Part shown: positions 1-8,258 of the stretch, in pieces
Position numbering within the stretch: position 1 is the stretch's first letter
Layout: the number at the start of each line of letters is the position of its first letter
IMG/VR virus record: IMGVR_UViG_3300000576_000001
Span: 1 to 37,410 of that record
Direction: 5' to 3' (one strand)
DNA length: 37,410 bases
Origin: a virus
The notes under the pieces: model-generated
The model's database searches: none
Told to the model about the DNA's origin: nothing
The model's input: the letters and a program-made list of their open reading frames with translations, nothing else
Program-made: the position numbers and the translations under genes

Positions 1-89
1 ATGGCGAAGGCTGGATCGACCACGACGGCAGCGGTCGGTGTCCGGTGAGTGACCCGACGGTCAGGCTCGACACAAGGGGCGTCGGCGGG
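1..89 (+). repeat. Terminal direct repeat copy 1 (identical to 37322..37410)
   Basis: Base-by-base comparison of the two window ends shows 89/89 identity. Confidence 0.95.
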
Positions 90-353
90 TTGGTGCATTT
101 CAATTTTCACGATGCGCCCGCATCACACATAGACTGGCCGAATGCCGCTCGCTGGCGCGTCGCCGAGGTCAATGGGTGGCGAAGGTGGTCTGGCGTTTCA
201 CACAACCCGCCGATGCCGCAACAGACCAAAGTCAGAGCGGTGCACCGGGACGGCGCCGTATCCATGAACTGTGAAGTTTGGGCTTTGCATTGGGACCACA
301 AAGGCATGCCCAGCGACATAATCGCGTATCGCGTCGAAAAAGACGGGGACTAG
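1..353 (+). CDS. 3' part of the junction-spanning ORF (same gene as 36706..37410); C-terminal domain of unknown function
   Basis: The frame opened at 36706 reaches base 37410 exactly at a codon boundary and continues at base 90 in the frame of track ORF 45..353. Stop TAG is at 351-353. The joined product is 322 aa. Confidence 0.65.
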   Translation, partial: GEGWIDHDGSGRCPVSDPTVRLDTRGVGGLVHFNFHDAPASHIDWPNAARWRVAEVNGWRRWSGVSHNPPMPQQTKVRAVHRDGAVSMNCEVWALHWDHKGMPSDIIAYRVEKDGD

Positions 354-610
354 CGCCCCGCCTTCTGACCATTGAGATAGTAGTGGACCAGCCCGCGCGT
401 TATGCCATGACGCCGGGCTATTTCGCTTATAGCGCGCCCCTCGGCACGCTCCTGGATTATCGCTTCGCGGCGTCCCGGCACCGTATTCCCGCCGTGCTTC
501 CCGCGATGGTCTGCGCATGATCCGGCCTGCCGCACCCATCGCACGGCAATCGGCGGGCTGACCCCAAAATGATCAGCGATCTGGGCGGTTGTCATGCCGC
601 CCTCGTGCAT
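350..610 (-). CDS. Double helix-turn-helix DNA-binding protein, last gene of the leftward cassette (alternative start 595)
   Basis: Two HTH-like segments: TTAQIADHFGVSPPIAVRW and ISEIARRHGITRGLVHYYL. A GAGGG Shine-Dalgarno precedes the ATG at 595. Its stop overlaps the convergent + strand stop in the palindrome CTAG (350-353). Confidence 0.55.
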   Translation of the reverse strand: MHEGGMTTAQIADHFGVSPPIAVRWVRQAGSCADHRGKHGGNTVPGRREAIIQERAEGRAISEIARRHGITRGLVHYYLNGQKAGR

Positions 611-672
611 CTTTCGGGCACCCGAGGGGTCCGGGCATTCGAGGGGTTTGGGTCCGGTTTTTTTGTATATGA

Positions 673-933
673 TCACGATGCATCCTCCCCATCGGTGCAG
701 GCGATGCCGTTTTTGACGCTCCAAGAAATGTCGCCGTCATAGTCTTTGACCATCTCGACCAAGGCCTCGGTTGCCGGGAGGATCGGAAAGGCGTCGGCAG
801 GGTCGGCGTCGGGGTGCGATGTGCGGAAATCGCTTTCCTCGACAGCGTTTCGCATCGCTGTTTCGGGGTTTGGGCCGATGCCGAAGATCCGATTGTAGTC
901 GTTATCCGTGGCGATGAAATGCTTGATGGTCAT
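673..933 (-). CDS. Hypothetical small acidic protein (86 aa)
   Basis: ORF with a CAGGAGACG Shine-Dalgarno upstream of the ATG. No recognisable motif. Confidence 0.55.
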   Translation of the reverse strand: MTIKHFIATDNDYNRIFGIGPNPETAMRNAVEESDFRTSHPDADPADAFPILPATEALVEMVKDYDGDISWSVKNGIACTDGEDAS

Positions 934-991
934 GAGGTCGTCTCCTGTGCGTTGATCCGCCTATCCGGCGGGTGGTTGTCATAGATCGCGC

Positions 992-1264
992 CTAGCCGCG
1001 AAGTCGGGCGATAATCGTGTTGTTGACGAACGAACGGTCGATGGTTTTGCTCACTTGCTTAAACGAGCGGCCGTCTTCGATGATGGTGCGAACCATATCT
1101 CCGAAAATGGAGTTGGCCTCTGCTTCCGCGTCACGCTTGAGGTTGAAGTGGAATTCCCGAACCGTGTCGTGGCTCAGCGCAGCTACGAAGCTATATCCGC
1201 CGCCCTTTGCCTTTTCTACGGGCGTGATCATGCTGCGTGCGGTCTCAATTGCGGCCTTGGTCAT
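992..1264 (-). CDS. Hypothetical protein (90 aa)
   Basis: ORF with an ACGGAG Shine-Dalgarno. No recognisable motif. Confidence 0.55.
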   Translation of the reverse strand: MTKAAIETARSMITPVEKAKGGGYSFVAALSHDTVREFHFNLKRDAEAEANSIFGDMVRTIIEDGRSFKQVSKTIDRSFVNNTIIARLRG

Positions 1265-1290
1265 TTGTCTATCTCCGTGGTTTCTCAGTC

Positions 1291-1500
1291 TTATGCGTGG
1301 GGCTGTTCGATCATATCGAGGTATTTCCCAACCTCAATTTCGAGATATTCGCTCGGACCGACAAGATACCATCCAACCGTGTTGGTGTTCGGCATCTTGC
1401 CACGAGCGTGGACTTCGCCGTTCTTTTTGATGACGACGCGCTCGGCGTCAAGATCGTTGATAACGTATTCGCGGATTTCTTTTTGGGTAGCTTTGCGCAT
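1291..1500 (-). CDS. Hypothetical protein (69 aa), first gene of the leftward cassette
   Basis: The internal ATG (residue 23 of track ORF 1291..1566) is preceded by AGGAGG at the correct spacing. Confidence 0.55.
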   Translation of the reverse strand: MRKATQKEIREYVINDLDAERVVIKKNGEVHARGKMPNTNTVGWYLVGPSEYLEIEVGKYLDMIEQPHA

Positions 1501-1516
1501 TGTTCTGCCTCCTGGT

Positions 1517-1566
1517 TTGCGTTGCGTTGCCCCTATTTTGTAGCATGGGGCGGCGATGGGTGTCAA
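1517..1566 (-). promoter_or_regulatory. Leftward promoter: TTGACA (1566-1561), 17-nt spacer, CTACAA (1543-1538), then a GCAACGCAACGCAA leader (1530-1517)
   Basis: Read on the minus strand. An AT-rich stretch lies upstream. The architecture matches the promoter at 28395-28441. Confidence 0.5.
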
Positions 1567-1609
1567 TATAAAAATTTAGGTTTGTTCATTTAATGGGGTA
1601 GGGTTCGGA

Positions 1610-1638
1610 TTGACGGATCATCGAGCGCGTGGCACGAT
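1610..1638 (+). promoter_or_regulatory. Candidate rightward promoter for the late operon: TTGACG, 17-nt spacer, CACGAT
   Basis: Hexamers at 1610-1615 and 1633-1638, upstream of a strong AAAGGAGG Shine-Dalgarno. Confidence 0.35.
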
Positions 1639-1666
1639 AGCGCATGATCAATCAAAGGAGGCGGCT

Positions 1667-1711
1667 ATGTATCGAAAAGGCGGAAAAGGCAAAGGCAAGG
1701 GCGGCAAGTGA
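1667..1711 (+). CDS. Possible 14-aa Lys/Gly-rich leader micro-ORF (MYRKGGKGKGKGGK)
   Basis: ATG lies 6 nt after AAAGGAGG. Its stop TGA overlaps the GTG start of the next gene (GTGA). Confidence 0.3.
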   Translation: MYRKGGKGKGKGGK

Positions 1712-2004
1712 GGACAATCATCCTCGCATCAGCACTGGCGCTGGTATCAAGCGGGGCCGTCGCCCAGGATTGGGAACGGCTTTCGCTCACGTATATCAGC
1801 GGATTCCTGCACGGCGCCGACATGGCCGAGTTTGCGGCGGAGATACAGGGGGCTGAGCGCGTCTTGTGCTTGCCCAATGACCAGTCGCTTGCCATTGACG
1901 CCATCATCCACGCCATCCAGACCGACGACGACTTGTCCGGCATGCAGATGGCCGACGCAGTGACCATCGCCACCTACAGGGTGTGGGCATGCAACAATCG
2001 GTGA
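1708..2004 (+). CDS. Secreted periplasmic protein, Rap1a/Tai-family immunity-protein-like
   Basis: Signal peptide MRTIILASALALVSSGAVA-QD. The pattern Y-I-x-G-x-x-x-G-x-D ... C-L-P ... W-A-C resembles the Rap1a/Tai4 family layout, recalled from memory and not searched. Confidence 0.45.
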   Translation: MRTIILASALALVSSGAVAQDWERLSLTYISGFLHGADMAEFAAEIQGAERVLCLPNDQSLAIDAIIHAIQTDDDLSGMQMADAVTIATYRVWACNNR

Positions 2005-2294
2005 CTTACCGGCACATCACCAACCTGCAAACGCCGATCGACCGCATCGACACCGGCTTTCTCATGACGCTGGGAGATTATAAGGTCGGGCGCCCGGTGG
2101 TCGAGAGGCCCGAGATTGCCGCTCCCTTGCAGCCGACGCCTTACGATAGGCTTGTGGCACAGGGGATTGTTGGCATATATACAACCGAGGAAGCCCTTAA
2201 TCAGCCCAAGGTAGTCGCGCTCACGAAATGGGGTGGTGGCACTAGGCTGGGGCCCGAGTTCAAGTCAGAGGATGCGGACTATGCCGGGCGGTAG
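1989..2294 (+). CDS. Hypothetical protein (start uncertain: GTG 1983, ATG 1989 or GTG 2001)
   Basis: ORF between the secreted protein and TerS. No motif. Confidence 0.45.
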   Translation: MQQSVTYRHITNLQTPIDRIDTGFLMTLGDYKVGRPVVERPEIAAPLQPTPYDRLVAQGIVGIYTTEEALNQPKVVALTKWGGGTRLGPEFKSEDADYAGR

Positions 2295-2661
2295 ACCTAC
2301 CGACTACACAGACGACCTTGGGGCAGCGATCCTGGAACGCATGGAGTCCGGCCTTTCGCTCGCAGCAAGCGCCGCCGACCTCAACATCCACCGCCAAAGG
2401 GTGTATGAGTGGGCAGAAAGACACCCTGAATTTGCGGACACTGTAAAGCTCGCTCAGGCGAAAAGGCAGCTTTTCCTAGAGCGCAGGCTTCTCAAAGCGG
2501 ACGCTGGGCCGGTGGTTACGTCCACCATTTTCGCGCTCAAGAATGCAGGGCCGGAGGATTGGCGAGAGCGCACCGAAAACCATCACAGCGGCTCGGTCGA
2601 AGTGACGACCAAGGAACAGCGAGATGCAGCCGTTGCAGCCGCTACACGCGCCGACTCCTAG
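2281..2661 (+). CDS. terS: Terminase small subunit (HTH type)
   Basis: N-terminus MPGGRPTDYTDDLGAAILERMESGLSLAASAADLNIHRQRVYEWAERHPEF is typical of HTH small terminases. It sits directly upstream of, and overlaps, TerL. Confidence 0.75.
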   Translation: MPGGRPTDYTDDLGAAILERMESGLSLAASAADLNIHRQRVYEWAERHPEFADTVKLAQAKRQLFLERRLLKADAGPVVTSTIFALKNAGPEDWRERTENHHSGSVEVTTKEQRDAAVAAATRADS

Positions 2662-4099
2662 CCCCGAAGATTTCGCCTTTTCCCGACTTATAGCCTACGC
2701 CGCTTATCAATGGCCGCAGTATGCCGACGCACCGCATCACAGGCTAATCGCCCGCAAGCTTGAACAGGTTGAACGCGGCGAAATCACCCGCCTTATGATC
2801 AACATGCCGCCACGCCATGGCAAGTCCATGCTGGCAAGCGAGTTCTTTCCGGCTTGGTATCTCGGGCGCAATCCAGATCATTATGTGATTGCCGCGACCT
2901 ATGCGCAGGATCTGGCCGATGACTTTGGCCGCAAGGTGCGCAACCAGATCGTGGACACGACGTTTCAGGCGGTGTTCCCCGGTGTCTCGCTCAAGAAAGA
3001 CAGCACGTCCAGCAAGCGGTTCCATGTCGAAAAGCCATTGGACAGCTTTTCAACGGGCCAGCACGGCGCTTATTTTGCCGTTGGCGTAGGTGGGCCGCTG
3101 ACAGGCCGTGGCGCGCATCTGTTGCTGATAGATGATCCGGTCAAGAACCGCGAGGATGCAGACAGCGAGACCATCCGCGAAAAGATCAAGGGATGGTACA
3201 CGTCGAGCGCATACACCCGACTCATGCCGGGCGGGCGGATAATTATAATACAAACTCGCTGGCACGAAGACGATCTGTCCGGGTGGCTCCTGGAAGAACA
3301 CGCCGACGAGGGGTGGGACATACTTACCCTGCCAGCCATCAACGATCAGGACCAGGCGTTGTGGCCCGAGCAATACCCCGCCACGGCGCTATCACGTATC
3401 CGGCAGATGGTCGGACCGCGTGACTGGTCGGCTCTGTATCAGCAACGCCCGGCGCCTGAGGAAGGCAACTTCTTCCTTCGCGATTGGTTCCGCACTTACG
3501 AAACGCGCCCGCAGCATCTCAAGATATACGGCGCTTCCGATTTCGCCACGAAGGACAGCGAGGGCGACTTCACCGTGCATGGCGTGTTCGGCATCGATCC
3601 GGATGACAACGTGTATGTGCTGGACTGGTGGCGCAAACAGACCGCATCCGATGTGTGGGTCGAGACGCTTATTGACCTGTTCGAGCAATGGGAGCCGACG
3701 TGGTGGGCCATGGAACAGGGGCAAATCAATATGTCGATCGGCCCGTTCCTGAAAAAGCGTATGCGTGAGCGCAGGATTTACGCGCCGCTATGGCCGTTTT
3801 CGAGCACGACCGACAAGCAATCCCGAGCGCAGTCGATTCGCGCCCGCATGGCGATGGGGAAGGTCTATTTCCCGCGCACCGAATGGGCCGTGACGTTGCA
3901 GAGCGAACTGCTGTCCTTCCCGACGGCAAAGAACGATGATCAGGTGGATGCTATGTCCCTGCTTGGCCGCATGCTCAACACCATGTCTGCCGGGAAGCAA
4001 CCACAGCCCGACGAAGGCGACCCCTTCACGCCAGAGAAGTTCGCGCCTACCATCGACCAGATGATACAGCAGCGCAAACGGAAGCGGCTCGGCAAATAG
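2624..4099 (+). CDS. terL: Terminase large subunit
   Basis: Walker A-like PPRHGKS, Walker B LLLIDDP, QTRWHEDD coupling motif, and a C-terminal RNaseH-like nuclease region (YGASDFATK, DDQVDA). Confidence 0.9.
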   Translation: MQPLQPLHAPTPSPEDFAFSRLIAYAAYQWPQYADAPHHRLIARKLEQVERGEITRLMINMPPRHGKSMLASEFFPAWYLGRNPDHYVIAATYAQDLADDFGRKVRNQIVDTTFQAVFPGVSLKKDSTSSKRFHVEKPLDSFSTGQHGAYFAVGVGGPLTGRGAHLLLIDDPVKNREDADSETIREKIKGWYTSSAYTRLMPGGRIIIIQTRWHEDDLSGWLLEEHADEGWDILTLPAINDQDQALWPEQYPATALSRIRQMVGPRDWSALYQQRPAPEEGNFFLRDWFRTYETRPQHLKIYGASDFATKDSEGDFTVHGVFGIDPDDNVYVLDWWRKQTASDVWVETLIDLFEQWEPTWWAMEQGQINMSIGPFLKKRMRERRIYAPLWPFSSTTDKQSRAQSIRARMAMGKVYFPRTEWAVTLQSELLSFPTAKNDDQVDAMSLLGRMLNTMSAGKQPQPDEGDPFTPEKFAPTIDQMIQQRKRKRLGK

Positions 4100-4107
4100 C
4101 GCATGAC

Positions 4108-4136
4108 TTGCCAAAACCGATAAACGCGCATAGTAT
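4108..4136 (+). promoter_or_regulatory. Candidate internal promoter: TTGCCA, 17-nt spacer, TAGTAT
   Basis: Hexamers at 4108-4113 and 4131-4136 in the TerL-portal intergenic gap. Confidence 0.3.
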
Positions 4137-4162
4137 CGCGGAAGTCCACGCGCGAGGCTTTT

Positions 4163-4441
4163 ATGGCGACAGGCAACGACAGCACCGTTCGCTACGCATA
4201 CCGGACGACAGACGGGGCTTTCTTCGCGACGCCGTTCCGTGGCCGCATCCGTGGGATATTTATCACGCCAAGCACAAGCAACGGCAGCGTGGAATTGCGC
4301 GAGACGGATATTGGTGGTGACGTTCTTTGCCGGTTCGACACGGCAGGCGGCAACAGGGCAATTTCAGGCCCGATGTTCCCCGGCTACGGCATAGCCTTCC
4401 GCCATAACGTTACATGGACGCGACCAAGGTTGCCTTTGTAG
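4163..4441 (+). CDS. Hypothetical protein (92 aa) between terminase and portal
   Basis: ORF with a GAGG Shine-Dalgarno. No motif. Confidence 0.5.
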   Translation: MATGNDSTVRYAYRTTDGAFFATPFRGRIRGIFITPSTSNGSVELRETDIGGDVLCRFDTAGGNRAISGPMFPGYGIAFRHNVTWTRPRLPL

Positions 4442-4466
4442 GAATATTTTACAGTGAGGACAGGTA

Positions 4467-6530
4467 TTGATCGATTTTTCGAGCGGATCGCTGAGCGACC
4501 AATCCGGCACGCTCGACAAGCCGGAAGACGCTGGCAGGGGTGGCGAGGGCGTTGTCGCCCGATGGCTGATGGAAATCGACGCAGCCCGAAAACACGAAAA
4601 GGACTGGCGTGAGCGGGCCAGGGCTGCCATCGAGCGTTATCGCCAGGACGACGGCGACGGTAAGCAGCGGTTCAACATCCTTTGGTCTAATACCGAGGTC
4701 ATGCGGCCCGCGCTGTACAATTCCACGCCGCAACCCGACGTTCGCCGCCGGTTCCGCGATGCCGATCCCGATGGCAAGCAGGCCGCACAGGTGATGGAGC
4801 GCGCGCTTGTGTCGTCGCTGGAGCGTTCAGACTTCGACCAAACCATGGCGCTGGCCGTGCTTGATCTTCTGTTGCCGGGCCGCGCCGTCGTGCGTGAGCG
4901 GTATGAGCCTGAAGTCGTCACAATCAGACCAGAGCCGCGCATGCCCGACCCTGTTGGCGTGGATCCATTTGGCCAGCCAGTCCACGATGACGCTGACACC
5001 GACGACCAGGGCATGCCGGTCGAGTATACGCCCGAGCCATACGACGAGATACAGACGCAAAAGACGCGCTCCGAACTGGTCGATTGGGACGACTTCGCGC
5101 ATGGTCCGGGCGGTCGTTGGGATCAAGTAGAATGGATCGCCTTTCGTCATCGCCTGACCCGCGAGCAGCTTCAGGAGCATTTTGGACGCCGAGCCAGCAA
5201 GATCGAACTCGACTATTCCGAGGCCCCGAACGACAACCAGAATGAAGCGCCGGACGTTTTCCGCCGCGCCATCATCTGGGAAATCTGGCACAAGCCTTCC
5301 AAGAAAGTGATCTGGATCGCGCCCTCAAGCAAAGAGGGCCCGGTTCGCACAGACGACGATCCACTCGAATTGATGGGCTTCTTTCCGACGCCCCGTCCTA
5401 TGTATGCGCTCGAAAGCAGCGACACACTGGTGCCGGTCGAACTGTTCAGGCTGTACAAGGATCAGGCCGACGAGCTTGACCGCATCACGCAGCGCATCAA
5501 CAGGCTGATCGAGCAAGTCAAGGTGCGGGGCGTCTATGATGCCACCATGAAAGTGTTGGACCGGCTGAGTTATGCCGACGATGGCGACATGCTGCAGGCT
5601 GATGATGGCGCGTTGGCGCTCATGCAGGCGGGCGGATCGTTTGAAAACGCCATCTGGATGATGCCGATCGAGCCGATTGCCCGCGTGCTGGGCGTTCTTT
5701 ATCAGCAGCGCCAAGCGATCGTTCAGACGATCTACGAAATCACGGGTCTGTCCGACATTCTGCGCGGCCAGACCAACCCGAACGAGACGGCCAGCGCACA
5801 GCAATTGAAGGCTCAGACCGGCTCCCGGCGCCTGCAGCGTATGCAACGCGAGGTCCAGCGGTATGCCCGCGACCTGATGCGCATCAAGGCAGAAATCATC
5901 TCAGAGCAATTCGAGCCGGAATTCATCAGCGAGATGGCGCAGATGGAGGCCACACCCGAAGTGATGGCGATCCTGCGCAACGACCTCTCGCGCCTGTTCC
6001 GCATCGACATCGAGACCGACAGCACGATCGCCGCAGACGAAGCCGAGGACAAACAGCAGTTCATGGAGTTGCTATCCGGTGTGGGTCAGTATCTCAATAC
6101 CGTTGCGCCTTTGGTTCAGACTGGCGCTATCCCCCAGGAAGCCGCCACCACTTTGCTGGCATCCGTGCTTCGTCACTTCCGCCTGGGCCGAAAGGTCGAG
6201 GACGCGCTGGAAATGGCCGAAGAAGCAGCGCCCCAAGGCCAGCAAGAGGGCGGCGGCCAGCCCTCCGATCCGGCCGCCGAACAGCAGGCACAGGCTATGC
6301 AGGCTGAGATGCAAATGAAGCAGGCCGAAATGCAGGCCGAGCAACAGCGCAAGGACGCGGAAAGTCAAGCCGAGATCGCCCGGCGCGATCGTGAGGTTGA
6401 GTCCGAAATCCAGCGCAAGCAAATGGAAATGCAGGCCCGTCTTGAGATTGAGCGTGAAAAGGTGCGCGGCCAGATGCAGGTACAGGCAATGAAAGCGAGG
6501 CAGACCAATGCAAGCAACGATGCAGCCTGA
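4467..6530 (+). CDS. Portal protein with long C-terminal Q/E/M-rich helical extension
   Basis: 687-aa ORF after TerL. TTG start with a GAGGA Shine-Dalgarno. The C-terminus (QAQAMQAEMQMKQAEMQAEQQRK...) resembles the coiled-coil barrel of P22-type portals. Confidence 0.8.
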   Translation: MIDFSSGSLSDQSGTLDKPEDAGRGGEGVVARWLMEIDAARKHEKDWRERARAAIERYRQDDGDGKQRFNILWSNTEVMRPALYNSTPQPDVRRRFRDADPDGKQAAQVMERALVSSLERSDFDQTMALAVLDLLLPGRAVVRERYEPEVVTIRPEPRMPDPVGVDPFGQPVHDDADTDDQGMPVEYTPEPYDEIQTQKTRSELVDWDDFAHGPGGRWDQVEWIAFRHRLTREQLQEHFGRRASKIELDYSEAPNDNQNEAPDVFRRAIIWEIWHKPSKKVIWIAPSSKEGPVRTDDDPLELMGFFPTPRPMYALESSDTLVPVELFRLYKDQADELDRITQRINRLIEQVKVRGVYDATMKVLDRLSYADDGDMLQADDGALALMQAGGSFENAIWMMPIEPIARVLGVLYQQRQAIVQTIYEITGLSDILRGQTNPNETASAQQLKAQTGSRRLQRMQREVQRYARDLMRIKAEIISEQFEPEFISEMAQMEATPEVMAILRNDLSRLFRIDIETDSTIAADEAEDKQQFMELLSGVGQYLNTVAPLVQTGAIPQEAATTLLASVLRHFRLGRKVEDALEMAEEAAPQGQQEGGGQPSDPAAEQQAQAMQAEMQMKQAEMQAEQQRKDAESQAEIARRDREVESEIQRKQMEMQARLEIEREKVRGQMQVQAMKARQTNASNDAA

Positions 6531-6816
6531 TATGACGAGCATTCGAAAGACCTATCAGGGCCGTCCGTGCATTACGATGATGGATTTTCGCGAGAAACTA
6601 ACGGACGAATGGCGTAGGTGGGTTGCCGACAACTGTAAGAAGGCCATAGACGCCGACGTATTTTTGCTTCCGTGGCCCGAAGGCCGAGGCCCTGTTAGCC
6701 ACGTTGACGGCAACGGCACCGTTCACGTTTCGAGACACGATGCGGAAAATACTGCGCTGCGAGCCATGGCCGACAGCGGCGAATACGGTTTCAGGGGTGA
6801 CGATGATCCGGCTTAG
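6508..6816 (+). CDS. Hypothetical protein (start uncertain)
   Basis: ORF between portal and scaffold. GAGG lies upstream of ATG 6508. Confidence 0.4.
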   Translation: MQATMQPDMTSIRKTYQGRPCITMMDFREKLTDEWRRWVADNCKKAIDADVFLLPWPEGRGPVSHVDGNGTVHVSRHDAENTALRAMADSGEYGFRGDDDPA

Positions 6817-7132
6817 ATGGACGCCCGATGGCATGATGGACGTGCGTACCGGCGCCATTTCTCCATTTGAAACGCGTGAATTGCCACCCGGCTTTGGCCG
6901 TGGTATATGTGTTATGCGCGATTATGAAGCGTATGACTGCCCTATTACCGGCAAGATGATCGAAGGCCGTCACGCGCATGAGGAAAATCTCAAACAGCAC
7001 GGCGTTCGTGTGATTGAGAAGGGCGAGAAGGAGGAGGCGATCCGTAACAGGCGCGACCGGGATAAACAGACCGAGGCCGCGATAACCGAAACGATCGTCA
7101 ACACCGCAAACAGCATGGGGCTTACGGACTGA
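6803..7132 (+). CDS. Hypothetical protein (109 aa)
   Basis: The internal ATG of track ORF 6704..7132 is preceded by AGGGG. The gene ends in a TGATG overlap with the scaffold start. Confidence 0.45.
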   Translation: MIRLRWTPDGMMDVRTGAISPFETRELPPGFGRGICVMRDYEAYDCPITGKMIEGRHAHEENLKQHGVRVIEKGEKEEAIRNRRDRDKQTEAAITETIVNTANSMGLTD

Positions 7133-8244
7133 TGTCTGACACCGATACCACGCAAGCCGAAGCGCCGGCGGCACCGGCGGACGCATGGGCGGCCATTGAG
7201 GCGTCCATGGGTGAGGTTTACGACAAGAGTTCCGGCGAGGAAGATAAGCCCGCAGATGATACCGCCCCAGCGGCGCCCGAGGATGGCGACGGCGGCGAGA
7301 CGAAATCCGCAGAGCCGCAGGGCAACGAAGACCCTGACGGCGAAGCAGAGGAAGAGGCCGACAAGGGCAGCGACAAGGGCGAGGGTGCCGACGAGCCGTC
7401 TCTCTCCCCGCCCGAACGCTGGTCGGCCGCTGACAAGGAGGCTTTCACCGCGCTCCCTCGTGAAGCACAGGATCTTGTGCTGAAACGCGAGCGTGATGTG
7501 CAAAAGCATCTTTCGCAGCAGTCCCAGACACTCAAGCAGGAACGCGATCAGCTTGGCGCGGTCGCCAGAGAGTTGGAGCAACGAAAGCAGGCATTTGCCA
7601 CGCAGGGCATGACGCCCGATCAGGCAGTGACGCAGCTATTCGCGCTCTCCGACTACGCGGCGCAGAAACCCGAGGAGTTCATCCAGTGGTTTGCCAAACA
7701 GCGCGGGATTGAGCTTGGGAAGCAAACTGCCGCAACCGACGACGGTTACGGCGACCCACAGATTAAGGCCTTGCAGGACAAGATCGACCGTCTTGAGCAG
7801 GGGATATCACAGACAGAGCAACAGCGCAGGCAGGAAGCCGAACGCCAGCAGCAGATGACAGCACAGCAGCGTCGGCAGTCCACGCAACAGGCCTTGGAGG
7901 AATTCGCGAGCGACACGAAAGCCGCTCCGTATTTCCACGAGATCCAGAGCGACATTGCGACCATCCTGCCGGGCATCCGCCAGCAGAATCCCGACGCCGG
8001 GCCGAAGGAATGGCTGAAAATGGCTTACGAAAAAGCCGTTTGGGCCAACCCCAACACCCGAGCCAAGGAGATGAAGCGGGCACAGGAAGCGGATCGTCGC
8101 GCCAGCCAGAAGACGGCCCAGAAGGCGAAGGGTCAGGCAGGCACGAACATCCGCAGCGGCGGCACTGTGAAGGGCGGCGACAGCACGCCCGGCTCTATCG
8201 ATGAAACCCTTGAAGCGACGTACGACCGCCTGAAGGCCGGTTAA
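7132..8244 (+). CDS. Scaffolding protein
   Basis: Acidic, low-complexity N-terminus and a Q/E/R/K-rich helical body. It sits immediately upstream of the major capsid gene. Confidence 0.7.
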   Translation: MSDTDTTQAEAPAAPADAWAAIEASMGEVYDKSSGEEDKPADDTAPAAPEDGDGGETKSAEPQGNEDPDGEAEEEADKGSDKGEGADEPSLSPPERWSAADKEAFTALPREAQDLVLKRERDVQKHLSQQSQTLKQERDQLGAVARELEQRKQAFATQGMTPDQAVTQLFALSDYAAQKPEEFIQWFAKQRGIELGKQTAATDDGYGDPQIKALQDKIDRLEQGISQTEQQRRQEAERQQQMTAQQRRQSTQQALEEFASDTKAAPYFHEIQSDIATILPGIRQQNPDAGPKEWLKMAYEKAVWANPNTRAKEMKRAQEADRRASQKTAQKAKGQAGTNIRSGGTVKGGDSTPGSIDETLEATYDRLKAG

Positions 8245-8258
8245 CGAGGTAAAACGAG

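Noticed and set aside
1-89. The 89-bp terminal repeat as a physical DTR, an LTR-like element or IS ends
   Set aside because: The copies are direct rather than inverted. The repeat lies inside an ORF that reads through the junction in phase. It is much better explained as the overlap of a circular or permuted assembly.
45-353. Track ORF 45..353 as an independent 102-aa gene with a GTG start
   Set aside because: It has no Shine-Dalgarno. The frame is open back to base 3 and is continuous with the ORF from 36706 through the repeat.
621-660. The direct repeat CGAGGGGT(N)GGGTCCGG followed by T7 on the plus strand as a possible terminator
   Set aside because: The repeats are direct, not inverted, so no hairpin precedes the T-run. 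The region lies between two minus-strand genes, with the repeat itself running into the 5' end of the ORF called at 350..610.
1591-1640. A possible tRNA, prompted by GGTTCGGATTG near 1603. I also scanned the other intergenic regions.
   Set aside because: It is not a proper T-loop (GTTCRANYC), and no flanking acceptor or anticodon arms could be built. I saw no tRNA-like cloverleaf anywhere. A tRNAscan run would be needed to be definitive.
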